From: Microthyrium microscopicum | Lineage: Eukaryota | Direction of reading: 5' to 3' | Assembly (NCBI GenBank): GCA_010405405.1 | Contig: MU004240.1 | Span: 1,498,814 to 1,562,813, forward strand | DNA length: 64,000 nt | Part shown: piece by piece, positions 48,715-64,000 of the stretch | How positions within the stretch are numbered: the first letter of the stretch is position 1 | Layout: the number at the start of each line of letters is the position of its first letter | Made by a program: the position numbers and the translations under genes | The notes under the pieces: model-generated | The model's input: the letters and a program-made list of their open reading frames with translations, nothing else | Told to the model about the DNA's origin: nothing | The model's database searches: none

Positions 48715-50137
48715 ATGGCTAGTCCATTGTTGCTCTTTGTGGTGCTGTGGTGAGCATATCTCGTTATTTCCTTCAGTGGAAAGGTTAGCTAACATTCATA
48801 GTATCTTTCGATACCTTCGAACGATAGTGCACGCGGCGGTGTTCTATCTGGCTCGAAGGCAGATCGAATTACCAGAGAAACAAACGTTCACTGCACAGAA
48901 TGTCTCTGTTATCGTTCCGACCGTTGCATGTCCCGATGACAATGACCGATTGAGAGCATGTCTTCGCAGCATTGTCACCAGTAAGCCGGCCGCTATATAC
49001 GTGGTCACTGCTACACATCGGCTGTCCTACCTGGAATGGATAGCTGTTGAAGAATTCGAGTTTGCTGTCAACATCCAGGTATTGGGAGCCGAAAAGCTCA
49101 ACAAGCGAGTGCAGATGTGGGCAGCCCTCCGTCAGACCACCACGGAGCTAGTCGTATTTGCCGATGATAACGTCTTCTGGCCGAACGACTACCTCCAGTA
49201 CCTGACCCATGCGTTTGAGGACCCCGATGTTGGTGGCGCGGGCACCTTACAGCGCCTTAAGAGACACGAGAAGCCGAGCTTCTTCCACTTCTTGGGAACC
49301 TCGTACTTGGAACGACGGAACTTCAATACAGTCTCGCCAAATATGATCGACGGTGCAATCTCAACTCTCTCTGGACGGACCTCAGCCTTCCGAAAGTCTG
49401 TATTCGACAGCGAAACTTTCGAGCTGGAATTCCTTAACGACTCCTGGAAAGGCAAGCCGCTCAACGAGGGCGACGACAAGTTTCTCACTCGCTGGGTGTA
49501 CAAGCACGACTGGAAGATCCGACTCATTGCAGATGAGCGTGCTATTCTCGAAACGGAACTCGATTGCGGACTCAAATACTTCTCGCAATGCATGCGTTGG
49601 TCTCGCGGTCACTGGCGTGGCAACTTCCGAGTCATGAAGATGGAGTCATACTGGTACCGCAAGCATGTCTGGAGCCTGTATGCAACCTACCTTGGTCAAT
49701 TCCAAACGCCTTCGTTGCTTTTCGATGGAGTCTTGACGTACATGCTGTACTTGCTGCTTCTGGATTACAGTTCTTTGACCGTCAAGCTGAGCATGATAGT
49801 GTGGATTACCTGGGTTCTGTTGACCAAGGTCATCAAGTTAATCCCGCACTTGACACGCTATCCGAGTGACTTGAAGTACCTTCCGGCTGCAATTTTGTTC
49901 GCGTACTTCCATGGGCTCCTGAATGTCTACGCTTTATTGACGCTTCAGAATGTAAGTGACGAACCTTTTCCAAGACACTCCACACTAACAATACCTTCGC
50001 AGACATGCTGGGGAAATCGCAACCTTTCACATCCCTCTGATGAGAAGGCAATCATGGCATCTGCCTTCGAAGCATCCAGTGGATTGGAGAAGCAGCGCAG
50101 ACCCGACATTCGGTCCAGAAAGAGTTTCCTGAAATGA
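48715..50137 (+). CDS. GT2 glycosyltransferase, Cps1 / hyaluronan-synthase-like polysaccharide synthase
   Basis: FRYLRTIVH, VSVIVPTV, NKRVQM, VFADDNVFW, YLERRNF, LSGRTSAFR, GDDKFLTRW and QCMRWSR (QxxRW); C-terminal membrane segments and T.WG.R. Introns at 48750..48801 and 49952..50002. Confidence 0.88.
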
Positions 50138-51453
50138 TAGGATCGACCTTGGAGAAAATGATAGTGGCAAAAAGTGTTGAAGTCAAAAAGTTCGATTGTT
50201 TTTGAATGTACGAGTATCCGCATGCATCGCACAAAAATGACTCTAGAAAGAGAATATAATCAAACCTGTTGTCTTGATCAACTCTTCTCGCGTGTACCAA
50301 CCCTCTCTCGCCTCAACTTACCTTTAGAGATATCGAGAGATGAACATAGCACGACGATTGGTGACCGGCGGGCGGCCCTAGTCGCCTTTTATACGTATAA
50401 TGAATTAGGCATCAGTTTCTTATAGAAGCTGACTTCCTTAGCCCTGTCACTGGATCAACTTTATGCATCAATGACTGGGATGCTGGGCGGGCCTTGTATG
50501 GAGATGCCGTAGTTTTCACAGGGCGTAATAGAGTTCCGGTTACCGCCGCTTCAATGCAGCAACGTCCTCTTTGGTAAGGTCATCGGCCTCATACTTGAGC
50601 GGTTAAGCGGTCTGCAGGATGTCTGCTGGTGTTTTCAGCCACATTGAATTCCAGGCCCCGGATGAAAATCTGTGTGGGGAAGGGTATTGTTTGAGAGCAC
50701 AGCCTCCAGGAACTTGGTCATACAGAAAGCTTCGCCTACATTAATTTAAGGGTGGCGGTCAATGGCTCCTGGAGGATGGCGCATTGATGATGGATCAAAG
50801 GTATGACGGTGTTTGGAGTCCATATTGTGTTCTTGACAGAAGATGAACTGGTAATCGATGTTGGTGTTGTCGATCGAGACGGGGTAAAAGTGATATCGAG
50901 GTTGAAGTACCTGTTAGTTCAAGCCTCGGGGTAGATAGAGTCCAGGTGTCAGCTCCTCGATCCATCTGCACTGCTTGCATGGTCATCTTCAGCTTGTGCT
51001 GCATAAAACAAGGTATTGCAGAGATCTCGAGATGCAAAGAAAGACTGGGGGCCGAATGTATGAAGGAGGAAGCGGGCGCAGGTGATGGCAGTATATATTA
51101 AATGGGAAGTCGCGATGAAAAATGGAGCTATAATCTGCACCGCCACAGCGGTCTCCCATTCCATCTCATCTCCAGGTTCGTTTGTACGTACTCCTATAAA
51201 CAAAAACAGTTGCCTAGCATCAATCCCTAATTGACCGGCCTCATCATACAAAGCTAGCAAACAATATAAAGCTTGTCCGTCCACAGCTTTCTCTACGCGC
51301 AGTGTGGCCTTCTGCGCACCTTGACCCCAACCTCCCCGACAACATCACAGACCAATTCAAATCTCCATCAGTTTGGCGGACCATCACTAGACTGCTCCAG
51401 CACAATTCTGTCAAGCTGGATCATACATTAGCATTGCGCTGCTTTTCAGCAAG

Positions 51454-54210
51454 ATGATTCTATCTACACTTGTCGTTGACGACGGCATACAAACTGCAAT
51501 TGCCATCCTCGACTATCTCCATTCCCCTCTGGTTGGATTCTATTTCGTCGGATCACAAATCTTCTCATTGCTCAGAGTACAAAAGCCTGCGAAAGTAGTC
51601 GTCAGTCAACGGAAGAGATATACTGTCATTGCATCTTTATTTCTCATCTTCGTGCTCTACATCGCCCAGGCCATATTTTACATATCTGAGGCCATCGATC
51701 AACGCGTCAGCGCGCAACATAGCATCATTCATGTTCTCGGTGGAGCCCTCATATTCCTGTGTCTGCCATTTGCAATTTTAGGCAGCGAAAATCCCATATG
51801 GCATCCATTTTACGGCTCCTGGCTAGTTGGCGCGGCCATTGAAGTGGTCTTGTGCGGGCTTCACGCTAAAGTGGGCGAGACCAGCGATCTTGTCCTCGTT
51901 GGACTGACTGGAGCCCGGATCGTGGTTTTTGCAATTCTTCTCATCACTGCTTTGATGATGTTCTTGGAGCAACGAGGAGAGGTGCCAAAGAACGATGAAG
52001 AGGGTCAATCACTCTTGGCTAATGAACAAACAACTACTACAGACCAAAATGGAACCGCCAATAAAACCCCTAGTTATGGTTCAACACCAAACGGCACCGC
52101 CAATGGCACTGCCAATGGTACTGCCACTGGCGAGGAAGCTGAGGAAGAGGAAGACGATAAAGACATCAAGGAAAAGCAGCGCAAGCGTCTGGAGGCAGAG
52201 GGTGGCTGGATCGGTTACCTCAAAGGCTTCATGATCTTCCTTCCTTACATTTGGCCAAAAAATGACTGGAAAGGAAAGGTTTGCATAGCCATCATGGCTT
52301 ACGAGATCGTTGTTGAACGATTTTTGAACATTTTGACACCGCGACAAATCGGTATCATAACGAACCGTCTGTCAGATGGCTCTGGTGTTATGCCATGGAA
52401 AGAGACGTTCCTCTGGTTCTTTTTGAGATGGATCAACAGTGGTTCTGGTCTTGGAATGCTCTCCTGGATTGCAACCACTTACGTCAATAATTACTCGTAC
52501 CAAAAGATATGCGACATTTCCTTCAATCATGTTATGGGATTGTCTATGGATTTCCACTCGAACAAAGATTCTGGAGAAGTGCTGAAATCTGTGGAGCAAG
52601 CAAATGCTTTAAACAGTCTCCTGGAAGTTGTCCTTGATATTTCCCCAATTCTCATTGATTTCGCGCTGGCTCTGGTCTACGTCACGTACTTATTCGACAT
52701 TTACCTGGCATATATCATATGTGTTCTATGTATCTTCTACGTCTGGCTTGGAATCACCATGACTGCATGGGCGCAGCCAATGCGTCGAAAGACTGTGGAG
52801 GCCTCTCGCGCAGAGAACAAGACAGTCTACGAGTCCATTTCCAACTGGCAAACAGTCTCCTACTTCAATCGAGGACAATACGAGCGCGGCCGGTACAAGG
52901 ATGCAATTCAAAATTACATCAACTGGATGTGGAAATCTCTGTACCGAAACTACCTTGGCTACGCTTTGCAATCACTGCTTATGACCGTTGCATTTTGTTC
53001 TTGTTCACTCATCGCCATTTGGGAGATCAGCTCTGGCCGTAAGCCTGTCGGCAATTTTGTCACGTTTCTTATGTACTGGTCTACCATAACCATCCCCCTT
53101 TATACCCTCGCCCGCTCATACCGCGAAGTTGCTAGCATGATGGTCAACGCTGAGCGCGTCCTGCAGCTCCTGCAAACACCCACAACAGTCCCAGAAGCTC
53201 CCAACGCCAAACATCTAGACATGACTGAGGGCTCCGTCGAGTTCGATGCCGTCAAGTTCCACTACGACGAGCGCAAGCCAGTTCTCAAAGACCTTTCCTT
53301 CAAAGCCGAGCCCGGCCAAACCATCGCTCTCGTCGGCGAAACAGGTGGAGGAAAATCAACTGTGCTTAAGCTCCTCTTCCGCTTCTACGACGTCACCTCC
53401 GGTGCCATCCGCATCGACGGGCAAGACATCCGAGAGCTTACCATCGAAAGTCTCCGCGAAGTCCTTGGCGTCGTTCCCCAAGATCCATCCATGTTCAACC
53501 AGACTATTGCGCAAAACATCCGATATGCCCGCCTCGATGCCACCGATGAGGATATCGAAGAGGCCTGCAAAGCTGCCGCCGTCCACGAGAAGATCATGAG
53601 CTTCCCCGATGGCTACAAGAGCAAAGTTGGCGAGCGCGGTGTCAAGCTCTCGGGTGGCGAACTCCAGCGCATCGCCATCGCACGCGTTCTCGTCAAGAAT
53701 CCACGCATTGTTATGCTCGACGAAGCCACATCCGCAGTTGACTCAGCCACTGAACAGCTAATCCAAGAAGCTTTTAAGCGTCTCGCTGCCGGCCGTACCA
53801 CATTCGTCGTCGCCCATCGTCTTTCCACAATCATGGAAGCGGACCTTATCCTTGTCATCGACCACGGCGAAGTGGTTGAGCGCGGCACACATGAGGAGCT
53901 GTTGGAGAAGGGCGGTAAGTATCTTGAACTGTGGACGAAGCAGACGGCAGCCAAGTCGAAGACGCCCAGTAGAATTGGGTCCAGCGAGAACGTACCTGCA
54001 ATCGTCAACGATTTGCCTAAGGAGACGTATACGCGCGAATTGGAGCGGCACTTTGTCGCAGGTAGTCAGGAGGATACGTCCGATGACGGTACGGAACGCG
54101 AAGCCGGTGGTCCTTCAGGCACTCAACAGCAGCCGTTGATAACATTGACGCCTGCCGAAGATGATACGAGTGCGTCATCAGCGGAGGGAAAGAAGAAGAA
54201 GGATGATTGA
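51454..54210 (+). CDS. HMT1: ABCB half-transporter, heavy-metal tolerance (Hmt1/ABCB6-like)
   Basis: Single 918-aa ORF: N-terminal membrane extension, ABC membrane domain (HVMGLSMDFH), Walker A GETGGGKST, VVPQD, signature LSGGELQR, Walker B MLDEATS, and AHRLST. Confidence 0.9.
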   Translation: MILSTLVVDDGIQTAIAILDYLHSPLVGFYFVGSQIFSLLRVQKPAKVVVSQRKRYTVIASLFLIFVLYIAQAIFYISEAIDQRVSAQHSIIHVLGGALIFLCLPFAILGSENPIWHPFYGSWLVGAAIEVVLCGLHAKVGETSDLVLVGLTGARIVVFAILLITALMMFLEQRGEVPKNDEEGQSLLANEQTTTTDQNGTANKTPSYGSTPNGTANGTANGTATGEEAEEEEDDKDIKEKQRKRLEAEGGWIGYLKGFMIFLPYIWPKNDWKGKVCIAIMAYEIVVERFLNILTPRQIGIITNRLSDGSGVMPWKETFLWFFLRWINSGSGLGMLSWIATTYVNNYSYQKICDISFNHVMGLSMDFHSNKDSGEVLKSVEQANALNSLLEVVLDISPILIDFALALVYVTYLFDIYLAYIICVLCIFYVWLGITMTAWAQPMRRKTVEASRAENKTVYESISNWQTVSYFNRGQYERGRYKDAIQNYINWMWKSLYRNYLGYALQSLLMTVAFCSCSLIAIWEISSGRKPVGNFVTFLMYWSTITIPLYTLARSYREVASMMVNAERVLQLLQTPTTVPEAPNAKHLDMTEGSVEFDAVKFHYDERKPVLKDLSFKAEPGQTIALVGETGGGKSTVLKLLFRFYDVTSGAIRIDGQDIRELTIESLREVLGVVPQDPSMFNQTIAQNIRYARLDATDEDIEEACKAAAVHEKIMSFPDGYKSKVGERGVKLSGGELQRIAIARVLVKNPRIVMLDEATSAVDSATEQLIQEAFKRLAAGRTTFVVAHRLSTIMEADLILVIDHGEVVERGTHEELLEKGGKYLELWTKQTAAKSKTPSRIGSSENVPAIVNDLPKETYTRELERHFVAGSQEDTSDDGTEREAGGPSGTQQQPLITLTPAEDDTSASSAEGKKKKDD

Positions 54211-54644
54211 ACAGTTTGAACCAAGAACTCGAAAGCATCAAATAGGATGCGGAAACGGGAACAGCGACTTGAACGCATGAGCCTCGAACAGTGTGCGCGT
54301 TTCCATCCTGAATATTTATGATTGCTGCATCTCAGCATGGCGTTAAGGAAGGCTGCCATTGTATAGATCTCATTGTCCACTGCGACGCTTAAAATGATCC
54401 TAGAAACGACTTATGATGAATACCCTATTCAGATAGATATCAAAAAAATACGTTATCGAAAAATGTTGATGTTCTCATTCCTAGAACTAGACCCTATCTA
54501 ACAATGCAAAGAGTGAGAAAAGTAAAGAATCGTTTGAATATCCGCTGAAACACCTTCTTTTGACCACAGACTATTCTGTTCATGATAAGAATGACGAAGT
54601 TGTTAGAAGTCGGTAAGTCTCCACAACAGCACGACTCAAGGCTT

Positions 54645-57349
54645 CTATGCTTGAATAGCTCGCCCCAACGCACCACCTGTAAAGCCCTGTCCTCCTCGTG
54701 GTCGACCGCCCTCACCGCCGCCCTGTCCACCTCTCGCACCACCACGGCCACGTCCACCGCGTCCACCACCGCGACCGCCTCTGCCACCTGGATTTCGTTC
54801 AAAGGCATTCGCCGTACCTTGTGTACGTTGCTCCAGTACCTTCTCGTTACTCTCAATGAGACCACTGGCCTTGTCACTAAGCGCCAAAGCAAGCGTTTGC
54901 AATCTCGAAAGACCGACACCCTTGCGGAAGATGATCGAGCTAGATACTTGATCGAGAGCGGCAGAAAGTTCTTCATGTGCAATCATCTTTGAGACAACAG
55001 CAGCGACCTTGCGTTGCGAGAGCTCAAACATGGAGCAGAGCGTGTCCATGGACAGCGTGTCGTAATATGGAGCGTAGGTGAAGAGGTAAGTGCGTAGTCC
55101 CTCGACTTGGATCTGGTCGGTGAGCATAGTCTTGATCTCAGTGGCTTGGGGGAGAAGTTCCCAAATCTTGATGGCTTCAATGAATGTGGCGCTCTTTTTC
55201 CAGTCGCCAGCAGCAAGTGCTTTGGCGGCTTGGAGGACATGGTCACTGTATTTGTGTTAGTTCGGATTGAGAAAGGGAAGAAAGTCTTGTCTTACCGAGT
55301 GTTCTCTGGGGGACCGGCAAAGATTGCTCGCTCATGGTATTCCAATAATCGTCGGAATTGCTTGCTGATGACACGTTTCTTGGACTCTGGGGAGCTTCCA
55401 ACTTGGGCTAATAGGGGGATTTCGAGCAACATACTGCTCGTGAGATAGATAGTCTCTAGCAGTTCGAGGTTGATGTGCATGTGGAATGGATAGAGGCGTT
55501 GTTTCTCTAATCGTTCTTGATCTGGAGAGATTTGGCTATATCGTTGTAGCTGAACACCTTGAGCCAAGAGTTCTTTTTGACGGTTAGAACCACAGATTTC
55601 TTGGAGGGTGTACTGGGAATCGGAGATCAACCCCTTGCGGAAAGCAGCCATGCCAATTTGCACAAGTGCTCGGTTGAAGAGTACTTGTGTGGGTGTGTCG
55701 AAAGCATTGATAGATTCTGAAAGATGGGACATGAGCGCGTAATCGCGAGCTTCGTAGTACTTGTCATGGAGAGCAAGCCAGTAAATTTGGCAAAGCATGG
55801 CTCGAGCCCGTTGTGTGGCATCTCCATCATTGAAGATGTGGTTGCAGAGAATTTTCATCAATAGATCTGGTTCCTTTGGTCCCTCTCGAGGGGTGATAGT
55901 GCTGTCTAGTGATGAGGGCATTTCCTTCCATGTGTTCTCTTCAAGGATGTTGACAACTTGAGTTGGCTTGAAGTAGAGATGTTCAATACGGCGAGAGATG
56001 ATGCGGTTGAGAATGACCTTTTCAGTCTCAATCTTTGCCTTGTTGATAAGTTCTTCTTGATAAAGCTGAGCGCGGACGATGCTAGTGTATAGTTGAGCCT
56101 CATCCCGAAGACGATCGATATATTCTGGTGTATGTGGATCGATGTTTTGAAGACTTCGAGTGAGTTCGTCATCAAGACGTTCGGCGAATGATGATGCACT
56201 TCCCGGAATCTTGAATAAGCCTTCCTCGGGTATTGTCGGGAGCTTTTCATCGTCTTCCCACTCTTCGGCTCCTTCTACAACGACGATGTTGGTGGCAGCC
56301 TCAAGAATTTCGAACAGCTTCTGCAATTCTTGCTGCGCTGCTTTCCAATGGGCAATGTCAAGAGCAACGCCGGTCGTCGAGGTAGTATCGAAACGGGCTG
56401 ATATTAACGAGATCAATACTCGAATGCGTTGGTAGTCCACAGTTGCGACATCGAGAAGCTTTTCCAGGATGCGAATTTGTTCTGCTCGATCGGTACCTTT
56501 TCGTCCACGACTTTCGCTGATTTGTCGAAGATCTAGAAAAACAATTAGAGTTTGGTCATAGACAGTATCACAAGGAAACTCACTCTTGAGTACGGACTCG
56601 GTGGTATATGAAAGGGCTTTGCCGTCACGACCCACTGTCTCGAAGCCATCATCATCATCGCCAGCAGTATTGTTGATAGCCTCAAACTCAATACGCTTAG
56701 CTTTGGTCTTGGTCTTCTCAACAACAGTGACAGTCTCCTCTTTCATGAAATCATCAGGATCCGCCCGATATTTATCCACATCCGTCTGATATGGCTCTTC
56801 CTTGACCAACTTGCGCACCTTCTGCCGCACCGCATTCAGACCACGTTGTTGTACCGCATTCGCCTTCTTTGGTGCCGCTTTTTGCTTCTCGTAAGCCTCA
56901 TTCGAAGCCGTCTCCAGATCCGCTAGCGTCTTTGTATATAGCTTGGGCACCTTTCCATCCAGGATCTTGCTCAAGTTGGGTACCAGGCGAGTCAACTTGT
57001 CGAATTCGGAGCTAGTAACAGCCCAATCGCCAATCTTGACAGCGTTGTCAATCATCTTGATAACAGCTTCAGCCTCCTCGAACCGCTTGTCCTTGGCGCT
57101 GCGGACAACTGTCGCCTTCTCGCTGCCAGAATCAGAGTCATCGTCAGAGTCGTCCGAGTCGCCGCCTTTCAAGAAGAAGTTGGCGTCACCAGAGGCATCC
57201 GAGTCTCCGTCGCCGCTGGCATCTTCGCCCTCGCCCTCCTCAGATCCCTCTTCTGAGGAGGATTCATCTTCAGAGTTGGAGTATAGTTCTTGTTCGTCGG
57301 ATTCGGACTCGCTCGAGTCGGAGTTGGCTGCGAAAAATCGGGAAGACAT
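54645..57349 (-). CDS. NIP1: Translation initiation factor eIF3 subunit c
   Basis: MSSRFF plus acidic tract, [51 protein letters not shown], a PCI region and an RGG tail. Introns at 56583..56533 and near 55294..55247. Confidence 0.96.
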
Positions 57350-58265
57350 GATTGCGGTTTTTTCTCAATGTCAGGATCGAGATTGTTGACCAAAGGAATG
57401 GAGGGGTGAGCGGGTGAGCGATTGGTTTGTGGTGACTGTCCTGTTGGTGGTATATTTTGTCCCAGCAAGTGCGCAAGGTGTGGAGGGGGTTGCGGCCTAA
57501 GGCTGTAGGGCATTAACTAAATTTCAATGTTGCACGAGCCCCCTAACAAAGCCCCCCCTCCAATTGCGACTCCATCCTGTCTGAAGGTATGAGTCTCTTC
57601 ACTCTTACGGATTGAAGTTACACCTTTCAAAAATAATGATTCTAGCGTAGCAGAATGATGCATGTTAGAAGTAATTTGTCACAATAGCCGGTATGTCGGG
57701 GAGATTCAAGCTGTAGAGTAATCCATTTGTAATAAGAGTGAAAGCCTTTGAAGTCTACCAGGTGTGCCAGGCAAGTAGACATTCACGATTCACGAACAAT
57801 CTTTAAACCTCCATCGGTATCTACGATTCTACAATGTCAACCTTCAATATTGGAGATGTCGGCGTGTATTGATGCCGACATTTTGACTGAGGTCGCCGGG
57901 TCGGCGATGTGGCGCGTCATAATATTTGAGCCCTGGAGAATTTCCAGGGGTATGAACGCCGAATTAGCAATTGCTTACAGATCCGAACAACAACAACATC
58001 AGGATCTCGAGTCTAGCGCAAGATATTCGAAATCAAGGCACAACTATGTATATTCCTTTTGAATAGATTGTTAACAATGGATCGTATAAGAAGTACCAAA
58101 GATCGCTGGAAAAGTGAACATCATCACCATCAAATCATCCACATACCAGTACAAAAGCATCAAAGCATCAAAAGCATCAAACTTCAAGCATCAACCTCTA
58201 GACAATAACATACACAATCTCATACCCTTCACACTCAAATATCTATAAATCGTACCAAAAGCACC

Positions 58266-58896
58266 ATGTCCGACCACAACGACAACACAACCACCCAACT
58301 AACCCAATTCCACGAAACCCTCACCACCAACAAATTCCTCTTCGTAGTTTGTCCGTACCCCCTAAAACCTCCTGCCATCCAACCACCAAACTAACAATTT
58401 CCCAGTCTACCGCGGCCACTGGTGTCCATTCTGTCAAGGCTATCTCAAAACCCTCGAAACTCTCCTCCCATCCATCACAACAGCAGGCGGTAAAGTCCTC
58501 GCCATAACAGCAGAAATCGGCCATGAAGACGCAATGCGCGCCTCAACAGGATATACCGGCACCATGATTTCAGACCCAACAAACTCCATCGCCGCAGCGC
58601 TAAAAGCGCAGGGAAAGCTTGATGTTGCGATTACAGATAATACGCTTACGAAGACGAAGGGGTATGAGCATGGTATGGCACAGCCTGCGATCTTGATCAT
58701 CCAGCAGGATGGGACTGTGCTATACGATTGGGCGATTGTACCAGCGGTGATGAACTTGGGAGGCGCGAAAGATCGGCCGGATTTGGTGCAGGTGTGGGAG
58801 AATGCTGAGGCGAAGATGGAGGGAAAGAAGGAGGTGCATAGTGCGTATAAGCTGCAAACTTTTGGACAGACGATTTGGAGCAAGATTTTTGGTTGA
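58266..58896 (+). CDS. AhpC/TSA-like redoxin (thioredoxin fold)
   Basis: MSDHND..FLFVVF|YRGHWCPFC (CxxC), then ISDPTN, AQPAILI and GGAKDRP. One intron GTCCGT..CTAAC..CAG. Confidence 0.85.
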
Positions 58897-59895
58897 TGGG
58901 TAGTGGGCTTAGAGACTTGAGAGTTTTGCTTTTTTCACGATATATACCATTAATGATTACAAGATTTTATGCTGTTTTAAGGTCCCGGTCACGATGTATC
59001 GTGCGGAACATCTCACTACAAGTCCCCTCTACCCATACAAGAAGATACAGGAATTGCCCTCACGCTATCCGGATCAGTGATCCATTATCATACTGCCTTG
59101 CAAGCCAGCAAGACACAACTTCAAAATATTCATGGCAGTCTGCATTCAGTCGAGCATATTCATTATTTGGTAATTTATGGCAGAAAGTTGAATTTGATGT
59201 GGATTTATAATAATGATGTTGAGCATGCGATGGATGATATGGATTTGTGCGGACATAGAGTTCGGTTGAGCGTGTACATATCAAGTGAAAAATAAGAGAA
59301 CATCGATAGCTGAGGGCAAGATCTCTAAACCATTTGAGACTTGTGGAGCGATCAGCTCTACACAATTCCAGTCACGCCTATGCGATGGCAGATGATTTCT
59401 GAGAAGTATAGTCAGTGGTCGAAATATGTGATTCAATTGCAAACTAGAACTCAAGCCTCCAATTCCAGCCCACCCCTGTGGTTCACCTAGCCATCCAGCC
59501 GTCCAGACATACACAGTAACTCGTCAACTATGTCCATTCAAGAATCTTCCGTCTCGACTGCCCCTTACCCGTACTCCATACATATCTCGTCGTACATTCC
59601 ATGCTGCCAGTGCCTGCAAACTTGACCTGTGGCTGGTTCAAGGATCAGGCTACAAGTTTGTGTCCCTGGTATGTCAAAGTCTAATACGCCGCGGTCGAGG
59701 GCATTCTATTAGGCATGTGTGCTGGGCCTCTCCAATTGGCACCGTCCAGGAGTTCAATGCCAGCTTCAATAATTTCGGCGACATATGCAGACATTCTTTC
59801 GACTCCTAGCGCTCCTTGAATGACAAGGGAAATCAAGAACTTTTGTGAAAATATGTTCCAATATGCTTTCAACTAGCAGGATATCGTAAAAGGGC

Positions 59896-62919
<3,024 letters not shown>

Positions 62920-64000
62920 GATCTCGCGGCTGCCAGACACAGAGCTGCTTTGGGCAGCAGCAGGAGCAGGAGTGAGGGTTGGGCGCCTAACTGTAAAGGC
63001 TGAGAAGTGAATGAATATGGTACCGACGGTCTAGAGCATGTCGATAAGAAGGGAGGAGAAGAGGGAGTAGTGGTGTAGGGATGGAGTGCGGCGTAGTCGA
63101 GGAGGACGGGAAGTTGGTAACGGGTTGTTGTCAGCACAGGTGGAAGGTGAGTAGCATGCGGCAGTCGGCAGGGTGCAGGAGCACATGCAGACGACAGTGC
63201 GGAAGGAGCTGACGATGGATATGGCAGGTACGAAATAGATAATGAAGAATGAAGAGATTGTGGGTGACGAAGAAGAAGAGGGGATGATGCAGAGCAGCAG
63301 TGAGCACAAAAGAAGTTACAAGGTGTAGGGCTGTAGTCTGTAGATGATGTGCTGCAGCTAGACGTAGTGGAGCAGAGTCTGAGAAATTGATGAGGTCGGT
63401 GGTTCTGGTGGATTGCGGATGGAAAGACGACTGCCAAAATTGCATTGCCCAGTCCAGGCCAGACGAGAAACTCCAGTCGCTAATCTTGGTGTCTGACTGC
63501 CAACAACACTCACTCCAACCATATCACCATCAATAGCCAATTATTGTTACAAGTCCCTGATGACCCAGTACAACCTTTTTGTGTCACTTTAACAAGCTTT
63601 ATTCTCGCTCTAATCCATTGAAATTTGAGGCATAATCATTGTCATCGATGATAGTGAAATTCTTCTGCTGGCAACGATGCGCATGACGAGCCGCAAGCTG
63701 CGATTGAGACATACTTTTGCCAGCTCACCATTGATTGATTTTACTAGTAGTTTTATTTGATCCTGCTGGCTGAGTAGGAACAAAATCAGACATACACAAA
63801 TCGTCGTACTAGAAAGTCTATAATTCCCCATTGATTCACGCGCGTCACATTCCGTCATCAAAACACGGTCCACAAAACATTACGACTCGCTTTTGATATC
63901 TCCTTCATTCCATCCAACCTGTGTAGATTCGAAGGCTTATCTTTGATACCTTTCAATCATCTACGCCTGGCTTATTTTTGCGGCAAATGATGCTGCTGCT

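Noticed and set aside
58153..58194. AAGCATCA repeats upstream of the redoxin
   Set aside because: Short degenerate simple repeat in a 5' region. No spacers, so not CRISPR-like, and no assignable function.

Overview
Intron-rich, gene-dense DNA from a filamentous ascomycete (Pezizomycotina; short GT-AG introns with CTAAC/CTGAC branch sites, RIP-like mutation). About 23 protein-coding loci can be supported. Conserved genes: HOS3-type histone deacetylase (runs off the left end), prefoldin 4, ILV2, a Rab GTPase, NSE1, SIP5, flavocytochrome b2, a rhodanese+PTP phosphatase, an HMT1-type ABC half-transporter, eIF3c and YAK1. Metabolic or secreted genes: FAD oxidase, GH92, MFS transporter, Ser/Thr-rich Cys protein, Cps1-like GT2 and a redoxin. 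Two DNA transposons are directly visible. One is a 3,014-bp RIP-degraded Mutator element (85-bp TIRs, 9-bp TSD) splitting an otherwise intact aldo-keto reductase. The other is a 165-bp TA-flanked MITE with perfect 48-bp TIRs in the ILV2 promoter. The best candidate for an undescribed system is a head-to-head pair at 24.3-30.0 kb: an atypical HSPA12-like Hsp70 and a coiled-coil protein with a GrpE/MIEAP-like beta segment and 33-aa tail repeats. An orphan-rich stretch at 41-50 kb holds a tiny secreted Cys peptide with (TPAAAA)3 and a G/Q/Y tandem-repeat protein. Gene models were spliced by eye and family calls rest on motif recognition; no database searches were run.
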